Below, piece after piece: positions 9,501 through 19,615 of a stretch of DNA of 54,019 nucleotides. Position 1 is the first letter of the stretch. Every line of letters starts with the position of its first letter. The notes under the pieces are model-generated. The model saw only the letters and a list, made by a program, of their open reading frames with translations, had not been told where the DNA came from and searched no databases. A program made the position numbers and the translations under genes. The stretch spans positions 1 to 54,019 of IMG/VR virus record IMGVR_UViG_3300038317_000315. The stretch is one strand, 5' to 3'. Origin of the DNA: a virus (lineage: Duplodnaviria; Caudoviricetes).

Positions 9501-10403
9501 GTCCTCTACAACTCCACCAAGCTTGATGCTTAAAGATGCATCTTCCATGAAACGCCTTGCTTCACTGCTTATGCCTATTGTTTCAGAAAACGCCGGTATA
9601 ACAGTACCATCATAAAGTGTGTGGCTTTTTTTATTTTGTCTTGCAAGTGGTAATTGCAACCTTTGAGAATAATCCCTATAGTTACTTTTGATATTTTGCG
9701 TTCCACCCTCAACCCAAAGTCTGGAAATGATGGATTTATCGTCTACGCTCTTTTCTTTCAATCTATATAAGCCGCTCCCTTTGCCCCATTCAAAATGTGA
9801 TTTGCCTCCGGGTGGATTTATAATGTTATTAGATGCCCCAATATGAATTGTCCTTACACCATTTGATTGTGTGATATAGAAATCATATTTAAACTCTTTG
9901 CAAATGGTCTGTAAAGCGTTCAAACAGTTTTGTTTTGAAAAATTCATTGGTAGTGGATCTGTATCCGGACAACCAGCCTCATTGAACGCCCATTTGCCCG
10001 GATAATCCCTATTCACATTATTTATAACTACACGAACAAACTGCTTTAACGTGTATGTGAGATCAAATGATGAACTATATGATTTCCCAGTTGCATCAGC
10101 ATCTCTATATTGACTTTTTAAAAGATCATATATAGAACCGTAAAATGTCAATTCATAAAAAAACAATTCCTCATCAACAATCTCTCTTGTAGTGGTTGTA
10201 CGAATAGTGTAAATATCATCAACTATCTGAATCTTATCTCCAATCTCAATAGTTAGTATTTCAGTTGACTTGAATGAGATTTTAACAGTATCAGTACTCA
10301 TCAAAGTATGATCTTGTACCGCCTGAGTAACAAAACTTACAGGGTCAGTGCTGAATAAATTTATGTCCTCACCGTTCAGTTTTTTTATAGTAATTTGTTC
10401 CAT
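6576..10403 (-). CDS. Large tail tip/hub-fibre protein
   Basis: 1275 aa after the distal-tail-like gene; short G-x-x-G collagen-like segments and two YRGxY...PTNxEYW repeats. Confidence 0.8.
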   Translation of the reverse strand: MEQITIKKLNGEDINLFSTDPVSFVTQAVQDHTLMSTDTVKISFKSTEILTIEIGDKIQIVDDIYTIRTTTTREIVDEELFFYELTFYGSIYDLLKSQYRDADATGKSYSSSFDLTYTLKQFVRVVINNVNRDYPGKWAFNEAGCPDTDPLPMNFSKQNCLNALQTICKEFKYDFYITQSNGVRTIHIGASNNIINPPGGKSHFEWGKGSGLYRLKEKSVDDKSIISRLWVEGGTQNIKSNYRDYSQRLQLPLARQNKKSHTLYDGTVIPAFSETIGISSEARRFMEDASLSIKLGGVVEDTEHYDHIYPQRTGEVTAKPIATEDEDGATIPPNPLSFIDSQMFDLTAKDEDENTLYLIDGVSAKITFISGRLAGQQFEIEKYDHSTKTFTIIEFTDSRGLKFPSDAFPIGVGDKYKLTDIVMPQSYIDEAEEDLWYAGYNDFLMRKQARVQYELTFDPMYFIEHLSDDVEMSLFKPGDYIPIKDERFDLEKNIRITNVKRNLLKDHDYVLTLSDTHTISIIAETVQDVLEHENVIVRNRLRDWTRARLAWRTTEELRNMVFDTDNFFDMGNIRPLSVDTNMLTVGSKSQQFVLVGVILQANADGLANKFSASAGQLAHLTIDPDDVRTWTMSQTTAILSELGGYYVYAKCSKEGDTGVWHITQQQLKAEDISDPNNYYFQVGIIGSLHEGFTFRDFTTTYGFTRINGNTITTGRIITADKQNYLDLDGNMFRIGDASSSIDWNVTEENQITLRNVKILSQSGDLSDIGVYRGMYVDHYTYYPADEASFVIDGIISTYRRKRTAPTTGVPPTNGEYWVVISQGSKGSDGDDGMSPFYNISTGTWWEWIPHQNQYGDTGVKAKGETGDYFEYRYAKSTSSSTPPSLTNNVAEPNGWTTTVPSTTTLEYVWWTMAKKSGAGALLSNWSEPIRIKPLDGAPGTKGESPVLVYRGVYGSSINYYGTANRVDAVKYNGQYYIARIDVGPFSGKLPTNTEYWNTFGAEFESIATNLLLAEGANIGDWFMQGGKIVSTLSTSGNKITLDASMAQILIESLSSGGDYSLDTGNSTLKFNASQGVVEARNSYGVSYISASGIFSNRPRTNALPASSGFTHYGAIVGLGFGGTVNNSWSWGDPDTLVAGVYGRSSNAGNAPHYGGYFDRLRANGLFLNTVYIHDASGSYVYLEDTAAFVCGITNTGVTKPVYLPNNAYEGQIVIAKQMGQGAMKFWTRTGQDIYDDSSINTSYDCDEGYMLTFVFARYSIGGVNKQIWTVSKQRF

Positions 10404-11569
10404 ACAACAATTGCATTAGTGGTAAATGAAGTAATATCTTCAATTACACCAGTTATAACTATATCATATTCCCCGGCTTCTAAAAAGGTGTGAGTAATTG
10501 TCTTGCTGCCGGAAACGCCTTTTGTTGAGGTACCATCACCCCAAAATACATTTAATAGCTTATGCGATGAAAGTGTTATTGATACTGTAGAATTTGCAAC
10601 TCCAATGTGCCTTAATACACGTTTAACCGGCTCCGGCTCAATTAATGTAAGTCTGAATGTACCTACCATCAAATCATTGTCATAAGTCCAATTCTTATCT
10701 ACATCTGAACCTGACTGAGCAAACACTTCATAGAATAATGGCTTTGTCCTACCATCATACTCAATTTTTAACCTCTGGGTTTCAGGTGTTTGAAATTGAG
10801 ACATGAATAATTGTACCCATTCAACAAAGTTTGTTTTTGATGAGGCTTCGATAAAGCAGTCAAGTGTGATGATTCGCTCTTTATAACGTGGGCGTTTGGT
10901 GTCTACCACTATGCCATGGTAGCTATCCCAATCTACTGTTAACGCTTCTTTCCGTTCAAGCATCCCTATCACTCCGGACGAACCTGAAACATGTACACCA
11001 AACTCCTTGAAATTGCGATTGCCAACAAAATACTCAACATCTTTTTTGTCTTCATTGAGTTTAAGGATCTCAGCATATGTTTTGGCTTTATCAAACATCA
11101 TTACCTCATCAATAAGTGCATGAGTGCCAAAAAGTGATTCATCATTTAGAGATAAACCTATCGGGTTTGAGCCTAAATATACTTCCTGAACAATATTGCT
11201 GTTTTGGTATACAATAAACCGACTTCCCTCTTTAACAAATACGAGTGAAGTCCATTGTCTTGCATGAACATTCACCCACTTTTCTATGTAATTATTGATC
11301 CCACTGAAATTAAGCAACCACCCTAATTTACCTAAAAATGGTCTGACGTACATAAGCAAAGTAAAATCAGAGTTAAAAGGAATAGTCGTTGTGGTTATAC
11401 ACTCACCTACACCATTTATTGCAAGTGCTTTTCCAAATTTCGCATCTTTACTCAAATAGGCTTCACCTGAAAGTGTGCCATCGGCTCTTGTTTGTGAGTA
11501 ATCATATACTTTTGTTCCGTCCGGGTCATCGAATGGAAAATGTAATCTTAAGTTAGTGTCAATTGCCAT
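10385..11569 (-). CDS. LamG-like domain plus distal tail-like protein
   Basis: N-terminal LHFPFD...GKFGKAL-like...IDEVMMFDKA pattern; C-terminal PKD-like WGDG...HTF; lies after the tape measure. Confidence 0.7.
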   Translation of the reverse strand: MAIDTNLRLHFPFDDPDGTKVYDYSQTRADGTLSGEAYLSKDAKFGKALAINGVGECITTTTIPFNSDFTLLMYVRPFLGKLGWLLNFSGINNYIEKWVNVHARQWTSLVFVKEGSRFIVYQNSNIVQEVYLGSNPIGLSLNDESLFGTHALIDEVMMFDKAKTYAEILKLNEDKKDVEYFVGNRNFKEFGVHVSGSSGVIGMLERKEALTVDWDSYHGIVVDTKRPRYKERIITLDCFIEASSKTNFVEWVQLFMSQFQTPETQRLKIEYDGRTKPLFYEVFAQSGSDVDKNWTYDNDLMVGTFRLTLIEPEPVKRVLRHIGVANSTVSITLSSHKLLNVFWGDGTSTKGVSGSKTITHTFLEAGEYDIVITGVIEDITSFTTNAIVVWNKLL

Positions 11570-11580
11570 AATATGTTTTA

Positions 11581-12090
11581 TTAATAGGTTTCTTTATTTT
11601 TATATCTTACATGAATACCTGTGCCGGTAATCGTGACTTTTGCATTTCCATAAACATTTACAAATGCCTTGCAACTATGTGAAAGTGATTCAACTTCTAT
11701 CTCAGCGTTATCAAAAATATCAATCGTTAAAACTGCATGATCTTTTACAACTATTTTCGCTTTTGATTCGTGCCTCACATAAAGTAATGATACGTTGTAC
11801 TGATCATATAAAAGCTTTGCGTTGCAACTTCCATTTAAAGCCATCTGAGGAATGTTCTGCTCATACTTAATTTCATGATCAATAAATATTCCGTGCTTTT
11901 CTGCTTTTCCCTTGAAGTTTTCTCTCATAAATTCAAGTGTTGGAAAATCCTCTGAAATACAAAAGTCTATGCCTCTGAAAAAAAGATCAGATAAACGTTT
12001 CACACCTGAGGTTTTTGTAAGCTTGCTTTGCCATTGATCACATAACCCCTTATTGGTACCATCTACTTTTAATTGTAATATTGTTTCCAT
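11581..12090 (-). CDS. Hypothetical tail-region protein
   Basis: 169 aa ORF with beta-helix-like C-terminus, in the tail operon. Confidence 0.7.
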   Translation of the reverse strand: METILQLKVDGTNKGLCDQWQSKLTKTSGVKRLSDLFFRGIDFCISEDFPTLEFMRENFKGKAEKHGIFIDHEIKYEQNIPQMALNGSCNAKLLYDQYNVSLLYVRHESKAKIVVKDHAVLTIDIFDNAEIEVESLSHSCKAFVNVYGNAKVTITGTGIHVRYKNKETY

Positions 12091-12098
12091 AATTTATG

Positions 12099-15000
12099 TT
12101 ATTCTATACCCTGTGATAAAAGTGAACTTTCTTTATTTTCTATTCTTCTGAGTGATTCCTTAATCTGTACTAATTCACTTGCACTTACTCTTGTGTTTGC
12201 TTCAATTTGCTTTTGATATATTAATGCCTCAGCAAGCGTTTTATTTGTGTCTCCCTGATTAATTACCATTGCATTTAATTTCCCGGCTATAACAGATCCT
12301 GTCTCTTCACTCATTTTACTTATAGCTCCTGTAAGTGGATCTACTGGATCATCTTCTACTGTATCCTCATTTTTTAACCATTTTTCTTTTCCGGCTAATT
12401 CCCTGTCTGTCATATTTTCAAGCCTTTTCTCCCAGTCATCAATCATCCTTTGTTCAGCATCTGATATTATGCCATCTTTGAGTGCATCTGCCAAATATGC
12501 CATGAATGCCTCAACTTCTGGTTGCAATTTACCTTTGAGTGTTTCAATGATTGATTTTTTGATGAGATCCTTAACTACGTCTGCTGATTTACCTGCTGCC
12601 TTTTCACCCTTTGCCCATGCATCAGCATAAGCATCAGCGAACTGATCAATTGCACTTTTAATGTCTGTACCAATAATAGCCTCAACAATGTTATATTTAC
12701 GATTTTCAGCGATCTCTTTTTCATTTTCAGCGATCTGATCCTGCCAGTCTTTAATTTTTTCCTTATCTGCTTTTTTCTTGGATTTTTCAGCCTCAATCTG
12801 TCTACGCATAGCCTTATTCTGATCTTCAAGGCTTTTGTTTTGCGCTTCAATTAATTCAGCCTTATCCTTACCATAAGCCCTTTCAATCTGATCACCCAGT
12901 TCTTTATAGGATTTTGCAAGTTTATCAATCTCTTTTTGCAGTTGCTGTATTTGCCTTTCTTTCTTCTGATCATGCATCCTATTAAAGATCTGAACAGCAT
13001 TAGCAAGTCCTGTAGCCAAATCTTTAACTCCACCCACAATATCCCCGGAAATAATCTTTGCAACACCTGTTCCGGCTTGGGCTGTGGCTCCCATTAGATC
13101 GGTAATATTATTTATATCCTGAGAAAGTTTATCCTCTCCAAAAGAATCAGCTACACCACTTATAGAACTTCCTACAGACTGAACCATATCATTTATTGAT
13201 GCAATAGATGAAATGGTGTTCTGTAATGCCATATTGGCTGAAACTTTCAGCTTTTGGATTTCCTCCTCTGATAGATTCTTTTCCTGAGCCTCTTTAACCT
13301 CTCTAAGTTTTTTGATATACTCAGAAAATGATTGACCTAAAACTTTAAATGGATTAGCTGCTATGAGTTTTGCTTTTGCATCATTAAGAGATTCAACAAG
13401 TGCGTTATAATCAACCGGGTTCAACTTAAGATCAGCATCATTAAGTTTTCCCCGAATGTTTGCAAGGATCCGTTCAATTTCTGAGGCTGATAAATAATCA
13501 AGATTTACAAAAAGATTTTGCCAGTCTGCTGACTGTTTCAACTGTTCAGCATTAACGGCTGATAATGCATCAGCCTCTCCCTTATTTATTCGAGCTAAAA
13601 GCTCCTCATTTAATTGAACTTGCTTTTGCATTCTGAGTAGTCCAAACTCTGTTACAATAGCTGTTTTTCGTTCCTCAAAGGATTTAAAGTCATTTGCTAA
13701 CCTTTGCTGAATTGCTTTTTGATTTTCAGCTTCCTGTTCTGAAACAAATAGATTTGCATTAGCCTGATCATCTTTATTTATTATTCCTGAATTTCCGCTT
13801 TCAAGTTTTTTCTTGTAATCAGCAACAATTTGAATTTTTTCAGCGAGTGTTTGCGCTTCATTAATTGCGTTTGTCATGCTTTCCTTAAACAGATCCATTG
13901 CTGATTTAACTCCATTAATTTGATTTAACTCAGATGTAACATTGATAAGCAAATTAGTCTCACCCTCTGATAATGCACTACTTTGTTGTTTTGATCTTAA
14001 GTTGGCAATCTGAGTTTCCAAATATGCTTTGTAACTTTCACCATTTTGCAAAAGTTTTGAAAATTTCTGATCTGCTACGTCCTTACCCATACTTTCCACC
14101 CAACGCCAATAAAGCTGATACTGCTCTTTTTTATATCTGATCTCATCATCAAATACTTTGTTTTGTGCTTTCAGATAGGCTTTATTTTCAACATCCCTAC
14201 GTGATTGAAACGTTGCGCTCTCATCAGATGTTAATCCACCTTTCCCGGCTTCCTTACGTGTTTTGATCAGTTCTTTTTCCTCTTTATTAATTGCCAAAAG
14301 ATTAGTTCTATGCTGTAGATCCAACAAAGCCCTACGTTTTTCGTGTCCATCCTCCATGATCTCAATACGTGCCTGTTCAAGTCTTATTTGAGACTGAATT
14401 TGCTTTTCGTCTAATTGAGATTCAACATTTTCAGTTTTAGATGTCCGTTTTGGCAATCTTTTTTCAAGTGTCTCAATTGTTGATGAAAGTTCTTTGTAAC
14501 GTTTGCTGTTTATAATAACTTCGGATCTTTCATCTTTGAGTTGTTTGATCCTTGTTTCTATTCCGGCTTCTGTGTTTAAATCTGCTTCTTTCCCGGAAAT
14601 AGCATTGTTAACCTCTGATAAAGTATTCAGCAATTCATTCAGTTTGCTATTGTCTGTTTTTACTGATACACTTTTTGAGTTTATATCATCGATCTCCTTA
14701 TTGGTGTCTCTAACAATCTTGTCAAGTTCGGAAAGTGACATACTTAAGTAATCCACTTTTTCATTCCCGGGCAAGTTGTTTCCTGTAGAGATGAACTGAT
14801 TCATTGATTCGTTCAGGCTGTTTGTGTTGCTTTCAAGTGTTCTAACACTCTCTGTCACTTTGAATAGATAGTTTGAAATATTGGCTGTGAATGCCTGAAT
14901 ATCTTTATCAGAGGATCCGGATGCTGCCTGAACCTGATCTGCTATTCTATTAACAGTATCACTAAATGCTTTTGTGTAAGCATCACCGGTAAGGTTCTTA

Positions 15001-17285
15001 AGATTTTCGGCTGATTCCACTGCTTGCAATTCGATCATATCATAGATCGCCTGATTCATATCCTGAATAGGTTTTATGGCTCTCCAATAACCCTGACCTG
15101 TTATTTCGTTGAATTCATAGTCTTTTAAACCTCCACCCTCTTTTTTTAGTTTGGCTGTTGCATCCGTAACGCTTTCTGATTGGTCTTTTTGATATTGCTC
15201 AATATATTTGGCTTTTACCCTTGCTGCTGCACTCTCATTGATAGCTTCAGTTAGCTCCCGGTACTTTTGATTAAGCTGATCAACTGTTGTTTTCTCATCA
15301 ATCAACTCTTTGTTATATTCCTTTAATATCGCATTTACTTTGTCAAGTGCACTTTTATGTGCCTTAGTTCCATTCTCAGTATTTTTTAATACAGATATGA
15401 GCATATTGAGATTATCCACTTCTTTACGTGTTGTATCACTAAACTCACCCATTGCATCAGTGGATTCATCTGTTTTGCTCTTAAACATGGTAAATGCTGA
15501 AACAGCTAAACCAATAATGGTAATAACCCACCCAACTGGGTTAGCTTTCATTGATGCCCAAAGGGTTTTAAGTGCAATATTCAGTTTTGCAGTAGCTACT
15601 GATAACAAATTTGTAGATGTGGTTGCTGCCCCCTTTGCTACAGTATCTGCTGTGGTTGCCACTGTAGATGAGGCTGTAGCTGCTGTTTCAAGTTGCTTTT
15701 TCTTTGTGTGAAAGTCTGTAGATGACGCTAAGGCTGCTTTTCTTGCAATTGCCTGATTTTCCACGGCACCCTCTAACTTTTTCTCAGCAACCGATATTTT
15801 TGTAGCATCCCCGGACTGTTTAGCCCAGTAAAGTTCATAACGTGCTGATTCAGACCTTTGCATCGCTAAAATGGCACTCTGTTTTGCATCCTCCATTTTT
15901 GCATAGGCTGATTTTACGTTTGCCCTCATAACATTGAGTGATGCATCAGCACTTTGTTTTTTTGATAAGATCTCCTGTTGTAAGGCTGATCTGTATATTG
16001 CGCTTTTTGAGGATAAGTCAAGTTTGGACAACGCTAATTTCTGATCAGAGGTTAAAACCCCCATTGCTGCGCTTTCATATCCCTCAGATGATGTTGTAAG
16101 CCCTAAAGTAGAAAGGTATTGTTGCTGTTGAGCGGTTAACATTTGTTGAATTGCTCCAACTCTTAAGCGGGAAACGATATTTAATCTTTCTTTAGCTGTT
16201 AACTGTGATTCAAGTGCTTTTGTGTTTGCAATTTGCGAGGCTGTGAGTTTAGTATTATCTGCTATCGTTTGCCCTGTAAGCCTTTGTTCCTCTCTCATAA
16301 GAGAAAGTTTAGCTTGTCTTACTGTGTTATCGATCAGTGCAACTCCGGTGTAACCTTTTGTCGCAATTGTGTTAACTACGATTGCTGCCTTGTATGTTCC
16401 ATATGCAATTGCAATGGCTTTTGTAATTCTTAATATATCATCTAAATGTTCAACTAAATAAGTGGCTCCCTCAATTCCTTTTGCGAAAACGTCCTGATAT
16501 TGTTCACCCAAATCATTAAGTGCCATATCCCATGCATCACCTAAATTCGCAATCATTCCGGTTAAAGAGGCTGATTGTTTATGCATAAGATTATAGAATT
16601 GACCTCCGGCATCAGTCATTCCATAAATAACCTTTTCCACATCTGCGAAACCGATCTTACCGGCAGAAACCATTGCGTTAATTTCCTCCGTGGTTTTTCC
16701 GTACATAGATGCAAGTTCTTTTGCAAGTGGAATACCTCTACCCATGAATTGGCGCATGTCCTGAGCGTACAACCTACCCTGTGTCATTGTGGTACCATAC
16801 AGATAGACCATGTCACCCAAAGGAATAGATAATCCGGATGCAATATTTCCTAAGCGGATCAGCGTTTCATTGACTTTCTCAGCTTCAAATCCGTATGCTA
16901 ATAACTGTTTTGCCCCCATTGCCACACCTGTGAGATCAAACGGTGTTTTGGCTGCGGTATCAATCATTTGAGCCATGAGCGTTTGACTTTTCGAGGCACT
17001 ACCCAACATTGTTTCAAATGCAATCTCCAATTGTTGGAATTGTCCCCTTACCTGAACAATGCTACTTGCAACTTTTGAAAGTCCGTTTGCTATTAGATAG
17101 GTTACTATATATTTGGCACCATTCCGGGCAAAGTCAAGGATGGATTGATCCATTCTCTCAGCTTCATAGCCTACGGTTGTAGCTGAACTCCTGATACGTC
17201 TTTCCATTGCCTCAGCAGATGCATTAAAATCATCTATATCCAGTGTAGCTTTAAAAGCTAATCCACCATTTCTATTTTCGCTCAT
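12099..17285 (-). CDS. Tape measure protein
   Basis: 1728 aa, Ala/Lys/Glu-rich helical; AAKTPFDL...QLLAYGF tape-measure domain. Confidence 0.95.
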   Translation of the reverse strand: MSENRNGGLAFKATLDIDDFNASAEAMERRIRSSATTVGYEAERMDQSILDFARNGAKYIVTYLIANGLSKVASSIVQVRGQFQQLEIAFETMLGSASKSQTLMAQMIDTAAKTPFDLTGVAMGAKQLLAYGFEAEKVNETLIRLGNIASGLSIPLGDMVYLYGTTMTQGRLYAQDMRQFMGRGIPLAKELASMYGKTTEEINAMVSAGKIGFADVEKVIYGMTDAGGQFYNLMHKQSASLTGMIANLGDAWDMALNDLGEQYQDVFAKGIEGATYLVEHLDDILRITKAIAIAYGTYKAAIVVNTIATKGYTGVALIDNTVRQAKLSLMREEQRLTGQTIADNTKLTASQIANTKALESQLTAKERLNIVSRLRVGAIQQMLTAQQQQYLSTLGLTTSSEGYESAAMGVLTSDQKLALSKLDLSSKSAIYRSALQQEILSKKQSADASLNVMRANVKSAYAKMEDAKQSAILAMQRSESARYELYWAKQSGDATKISVAEKKLEGAVENQAIARKAALASSTDFHTKKKQLETAATASSTVATTADTVAKGAATTSTNLLSVATAKLNIALKTLWASMKANPVGWVITIIGLAVSAFTMFKSKTDESTDAMGEFSDTTRKEVDNLNMLISVLKNTENGTKAHKSALDKVNAILKEYNKELIDEKTTVDQLNQKYRELTEAINESAAARVKAKYIEQYQKDQSESVTDATAKLKKEGGGLKDYEFNEITGQGYWRAIKPIQDMNQAIYDMIELQAVESAENLKNLTGDAYTKAFSDTVNRIADQVQAASGSSDKDIQAFTANISNYLFKVTESVRTLESNTNSLNESMNQFISTGNNLPGNEKVDYLSMSLSELDKIVRDTNKEIDDINSKSVSVKTDNSKLNELLNTLSEVNNAISGKEADLNTEAGIETRIKQLKDERSEVIINSKRYKELSSTIETLEKRLPKRTSKTENVESQLDEKQIQSQIRLEQARIEIMEDGHEKRRALLDLQHRTNLLAINKEEKELIKTRKEAGKGGLTSDESATFQSRRDVENKAYLKAQNKVFDDEIRYKKEQYQLYWRWVESMGKDVADQKFSKLLQNGESYKAYLETQIANLRSKQQSSALSEGETNLLINVTSELNQINGVKSAMDLFKESMTNAINEAQTLAEKIQIVADYKKKLESGNSGIINKDDQANANLFVSEQEAENQKAIQQRLANDFKSFEERKTAIVTEFGLLRMQKQVQLNEELLARINKGEADALSAVNAEQLKQSADWQNLFVNLDYLSASEIERILANIRGKLNDADLKLNPVDYNALVESLNDAKAKLIAANPFKVLGQSFSEYIKKLREVKEAQEKNLSEEEIQKLKVSANMALQNTISSIASINDMVQSVGSSISGVADSFGEDKLSQDINNITDLMGATAQAGTGVAKIISGDIVGGVKDLATGLANAVQIFNRMHDQKKERQIQQLQKEIDKLAKSYKELGDQIERAYGKDKAELIEAQNKSLEDQNKAMRRQIEAEKSKKKADKEKIKDWQDQIAENEKEIAENRKYNIVEAIIGTDIKSAIDQFADAYADAWAKGEKAAGKSADVVKDLIKKSIIETLKGKLQPEVEAFMAYLADALKDGIISDAEQRMIDDWEKRLENMTDRELAGKEKWLKNEDTVEDDPVDPLTGAISKMSEETGSVIAGKLNAMVINQGDTNKTLAEALIYQKQIEANTRVSASELVQIKESLRRIENKESSLLSQGIE

Positions 17286-17581
17286 AATTTGCCATTTATA
17301 TAGTTCATGATGTCCTCTTTTGTCTCCAGTTTCCTGACTTCGGTATTTTCGCTATCCTTTTTGCTATCATCTAAATCCTCAATTTTAGCTTGATCTTCGA
17401 TCATTAACCGAACATTAATCCACGATATACCCCAAAGCAAATAATCATAAGTCCATCCAAACTCTTTTAGTATTGAACCCCTGATTCCCCACGGACTATT
17501 AAGTCCAATTACTCTACTCGATCCGCTTTGGGAGTGGTCGCTTCTACAGACCGTATTAATCGAATAGAGTTCGTAAAACCC
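17282..17581 (-). CDS. Tail assembly chaperone C-terminal (gpT-like) segment, predicted -1 frameshift product
   Basis: -1 frame ORF with no upstream start codon (GLNSPWGIRGSILKEFGWTYDYLLWGISWINVRLMIED...GKL*); in-frame G GGT TTT heptamer at 17575-17581; TGA overlaps the tape measure ATG. Confidence 0.75.
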   Translation of the reverse strand, partial: GFYELYSINTVCRSDHSQSGSSRVIGLNSPWGIRGSILKEFGWTYDYLLWGISWINVRLMIEDQAKIEDLDDSKKDSENTEVRKLETKEDIMNYINGKL

Positions 17582-18150
17582 GCTTTATCGCTCATTTTAC
17601 CTATTATACCACAAAGTTTTTGCAAGCGAGATGATGTCAAATGTGATAGAAAGAATTTTTGTAGATCTGAAACCTCCTTGCTGTCAATTTTTGCAACCTC
17701 TGAACAGTTGATCGTTGCGACTGCTACAATCTTTGCCATTAGTGGAATATGTTTTATAAGCCGTTCGCTTTCCGGTATGGCATTCTCCTGTAGCTTCTGT
17801 TCATCAAAATCAATCTCAATTGCCATTTTCCGGATAATATCCATTGTACCCAAATAGAGAGGCTTAATGTGAAAGTGTCTTTTATAAATATTCTTGGTAA
17901 TGCTTTCATTCAGATCAGCAGCCTCAACAATATCTACATCCCAACTTTTGGGAATTTCTTTATTTCTCCACGATTTAACCAGTTTAGGCAATGCTAAACC
18001 CAGTGTCCTAATCCATCTTGGAGGTTGTTTTACCTCAATTTTGAGCGGTACGCTGAATCTCACACCATAACTTAAGAGTGCTTCTATAGCCTGTTCTTCA
18101 AGTTCCAGTTGTTTTTCTCTACTTAAGTCTTCTATCTTTTCATCTTTCAT
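17509..18150 (-). CDS. Tail assembly chaperone (gpG-like)
   Basis: Between the major tail and tape measure genes; carries the slippery site. Confidence 0.75.
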   Translation of the reverse strand: MKDEKIEDLSREKQLELEEQAIEALLSYGVRFSVPLKIEVKQPPRWIRTLGLALPKLVKSWRNKEIPKSWDVDIVEAADLNESITKNIYKRHFHIKPLYLGTMDIIRKMAIEIDFDEQKLQENAIPESERLIKHIPLMAKIVAVATINCSEVAKIDSKEVSDLQKFFLSHLTSSRLQKLCGIIGKMSDKAGFTNSIRLIRSVEATTPKADRVE

Positions 18151-18178
18151 AGTTCTGTCTTGAATTGTAGTATTTGTT

Positions 18179-18211
18179 TAAAAAGAAAGCCCACTGTTAA
18201 ATGGGCTTTCT
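18179..18211 (-). terminator. Intrinsic terminator after the major tail gene
   Basis: AGAAAGCCCA-N8-TGGGCTTTCT stem followed by a T-run on the minus strand. Confidence 0.75.
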
Positions 18212-18224
18212 GATAATTTTACCC

Positions 18225-18728
18225 TTACAGAGTAGGTTCGGTTACATCCTCATCATATTCAACTTCATACAGAGGCTCTATTGTACAATCGAGCAATGTT
18301 ATACCCTTACTTGAATAAGTAGTATTCTTTTTTGCAACTACAGCAGCGCATGGAATATTTAAGGCGTTACCAGCTTCTGGTAGAATCTTGATTGCAAGTT
18401 CAATATTCTTTGATGTTGCCGGTTCTTTGTATTTCCTTGCACCCTCTGTTCCGGATACTGTTCCACCTTCAAAAGATACCAGTTCATCAAATGATGGGTC
18501 CATGATAGAAAAAATCAACTCAGATCCCTCTTTGGTCTTTTGAACTATCTTTTTTGCGGATGTTTCTGATTTGTGAACTGTAATTGTAGGATCTTTATCT
18601 ACAAATGAGCATGTATCTTGATATACATCTAACTTTTTAAATCCTGTAGTCGGCATAACTTTAGGATCTGTACTGTTGATAGGAGCGTAATAAACTGCCT
18701 TAACTCCCATTGTCATTAAAATTGGCAT
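18225..18728 (-). CDS. Major tail tube protein
   Basis: Size, beta-rich composition and synteny; followed by a terminator. Confidence 0.7.
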   Translation of the reverse strand: MPILMTMGVKAVYYAPINSTDPKVMPTTGFKKLDVYQDTCSFVDKDPTITVHKSETSAKKIVQKTKEGSELIFSIMDPSFDELVSFEGGTVSGTEGARKYKEPATSKNIELAIKILPEAGNALNIPCAAVVAKKNTTYSSKGITLLDCTIEPLYEVEYDEDVTEPTL

Positions 18729-18747
18729 AGTCTCTTATTTTTTGATG

Positions 18748-19176
18748 TTAAACTTCCTTTTTTCTAACTACTAACTCTAATTTCACACACATAAAATGTT
18801 CGTTATGATTTTGTTCCTTAATAGCAGGGTCCATTGCCTCAACTGTCCAACTATACCCCTTATTCCCATCGTAATGCTTTTTCAGGATCGTTGCGACCTC
18901 TTTTTTTAGTGCTTTGAGTTTTGTCTGATTAGGAACATACGTCTCTTTATTATTGATAATCATCTTTTGATCCGGAACATGAATGTTGATATTGATTTGT
19001 CCATGTCTCAGTGAGCTACTTCCTATCATGGTGTGAGGCACTATAATAATATCCTCTTTTGTATAGTCGTATCTGAAATAACTTATAGATCCGGAAATAT
19101 TTCCCGAAACAGTGCTACTCTTTAAAATACGGTACACGTCCTCTGCTATATCCTCAGTTGAAATCATATATCTCAT
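18748..19176 (-). CDS. Putative tail terminator/completion protein
   Basis: Synteny; GQININIHVPD motif. Confidence 0.6.
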   Translation of the reverse strand: MRYMISTEDIAEDVYRILKSSTVSGNISGSISYFRYDYTKEDIIIVPHTMIGSSSLRHGQININIHVPDQKMIINNKETYVPNQTKLKALKKEVATILKKHYDGNKGYSWTVEAMDPAIKEQNHNEHFMCVKLELVVRKKEV

Positions 19177-19615
19177 TTATTTTTGTCCGTAATTTCTCAA
19201 TCATTGCGGGGAAACTTGTTTTTGCTTTCAGTTCAGCTGGTAGGATTACATTGTAGCCTTTGGCTTCCACATAAGCAGCATAGTTCATTCCGGCAACTAT
19301 GATAACAGCAAATTCATTTTGAGTTTCAGAGGCTATTTCGTTCGCTAACGCTACCCCTATTTGTGCAGAAATTTCTTCACCTGAACCTGTAAAGCCACCC
19401 TGAGAAACTATTTTCCCCTTATGAGTGATCACATACCCAATTGAGTTTGTGAGGTTACCGGTCTGATCGGTGTAATTCCTGTTATTTTTTGCATATATTA
19501 CTAATTCCTCAGCCAACACTTTCATCGCATATATAGCAGCATCGACTATTCTGTCATGATACTGTAGCACATGCTTTTTCACATGTCCGTTTGGAAATTG
19601 TGGTACTATAGGCAT
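19154..19615 (-). CDS. HK97 gp10-like neck/tail completion protein
   Basis: DQTGNLTNSIGY and AGMNYAAYVE motifs. Confidence 0.75.
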   Translation of the reverse strand: MPIVPQFPNGHVKKHVLQYHDRIVDAAIYAMKVLAEELVIYAKNNRNYTDQTGNLTNSIGYVITHKGKIVSQGGFTGSGEEISAQIGVALANEIASETQNEFAVIIVAGMNYAAYVEAKGYNVILPAELKAKTSFPAMIEKLRTKINEIYDFN

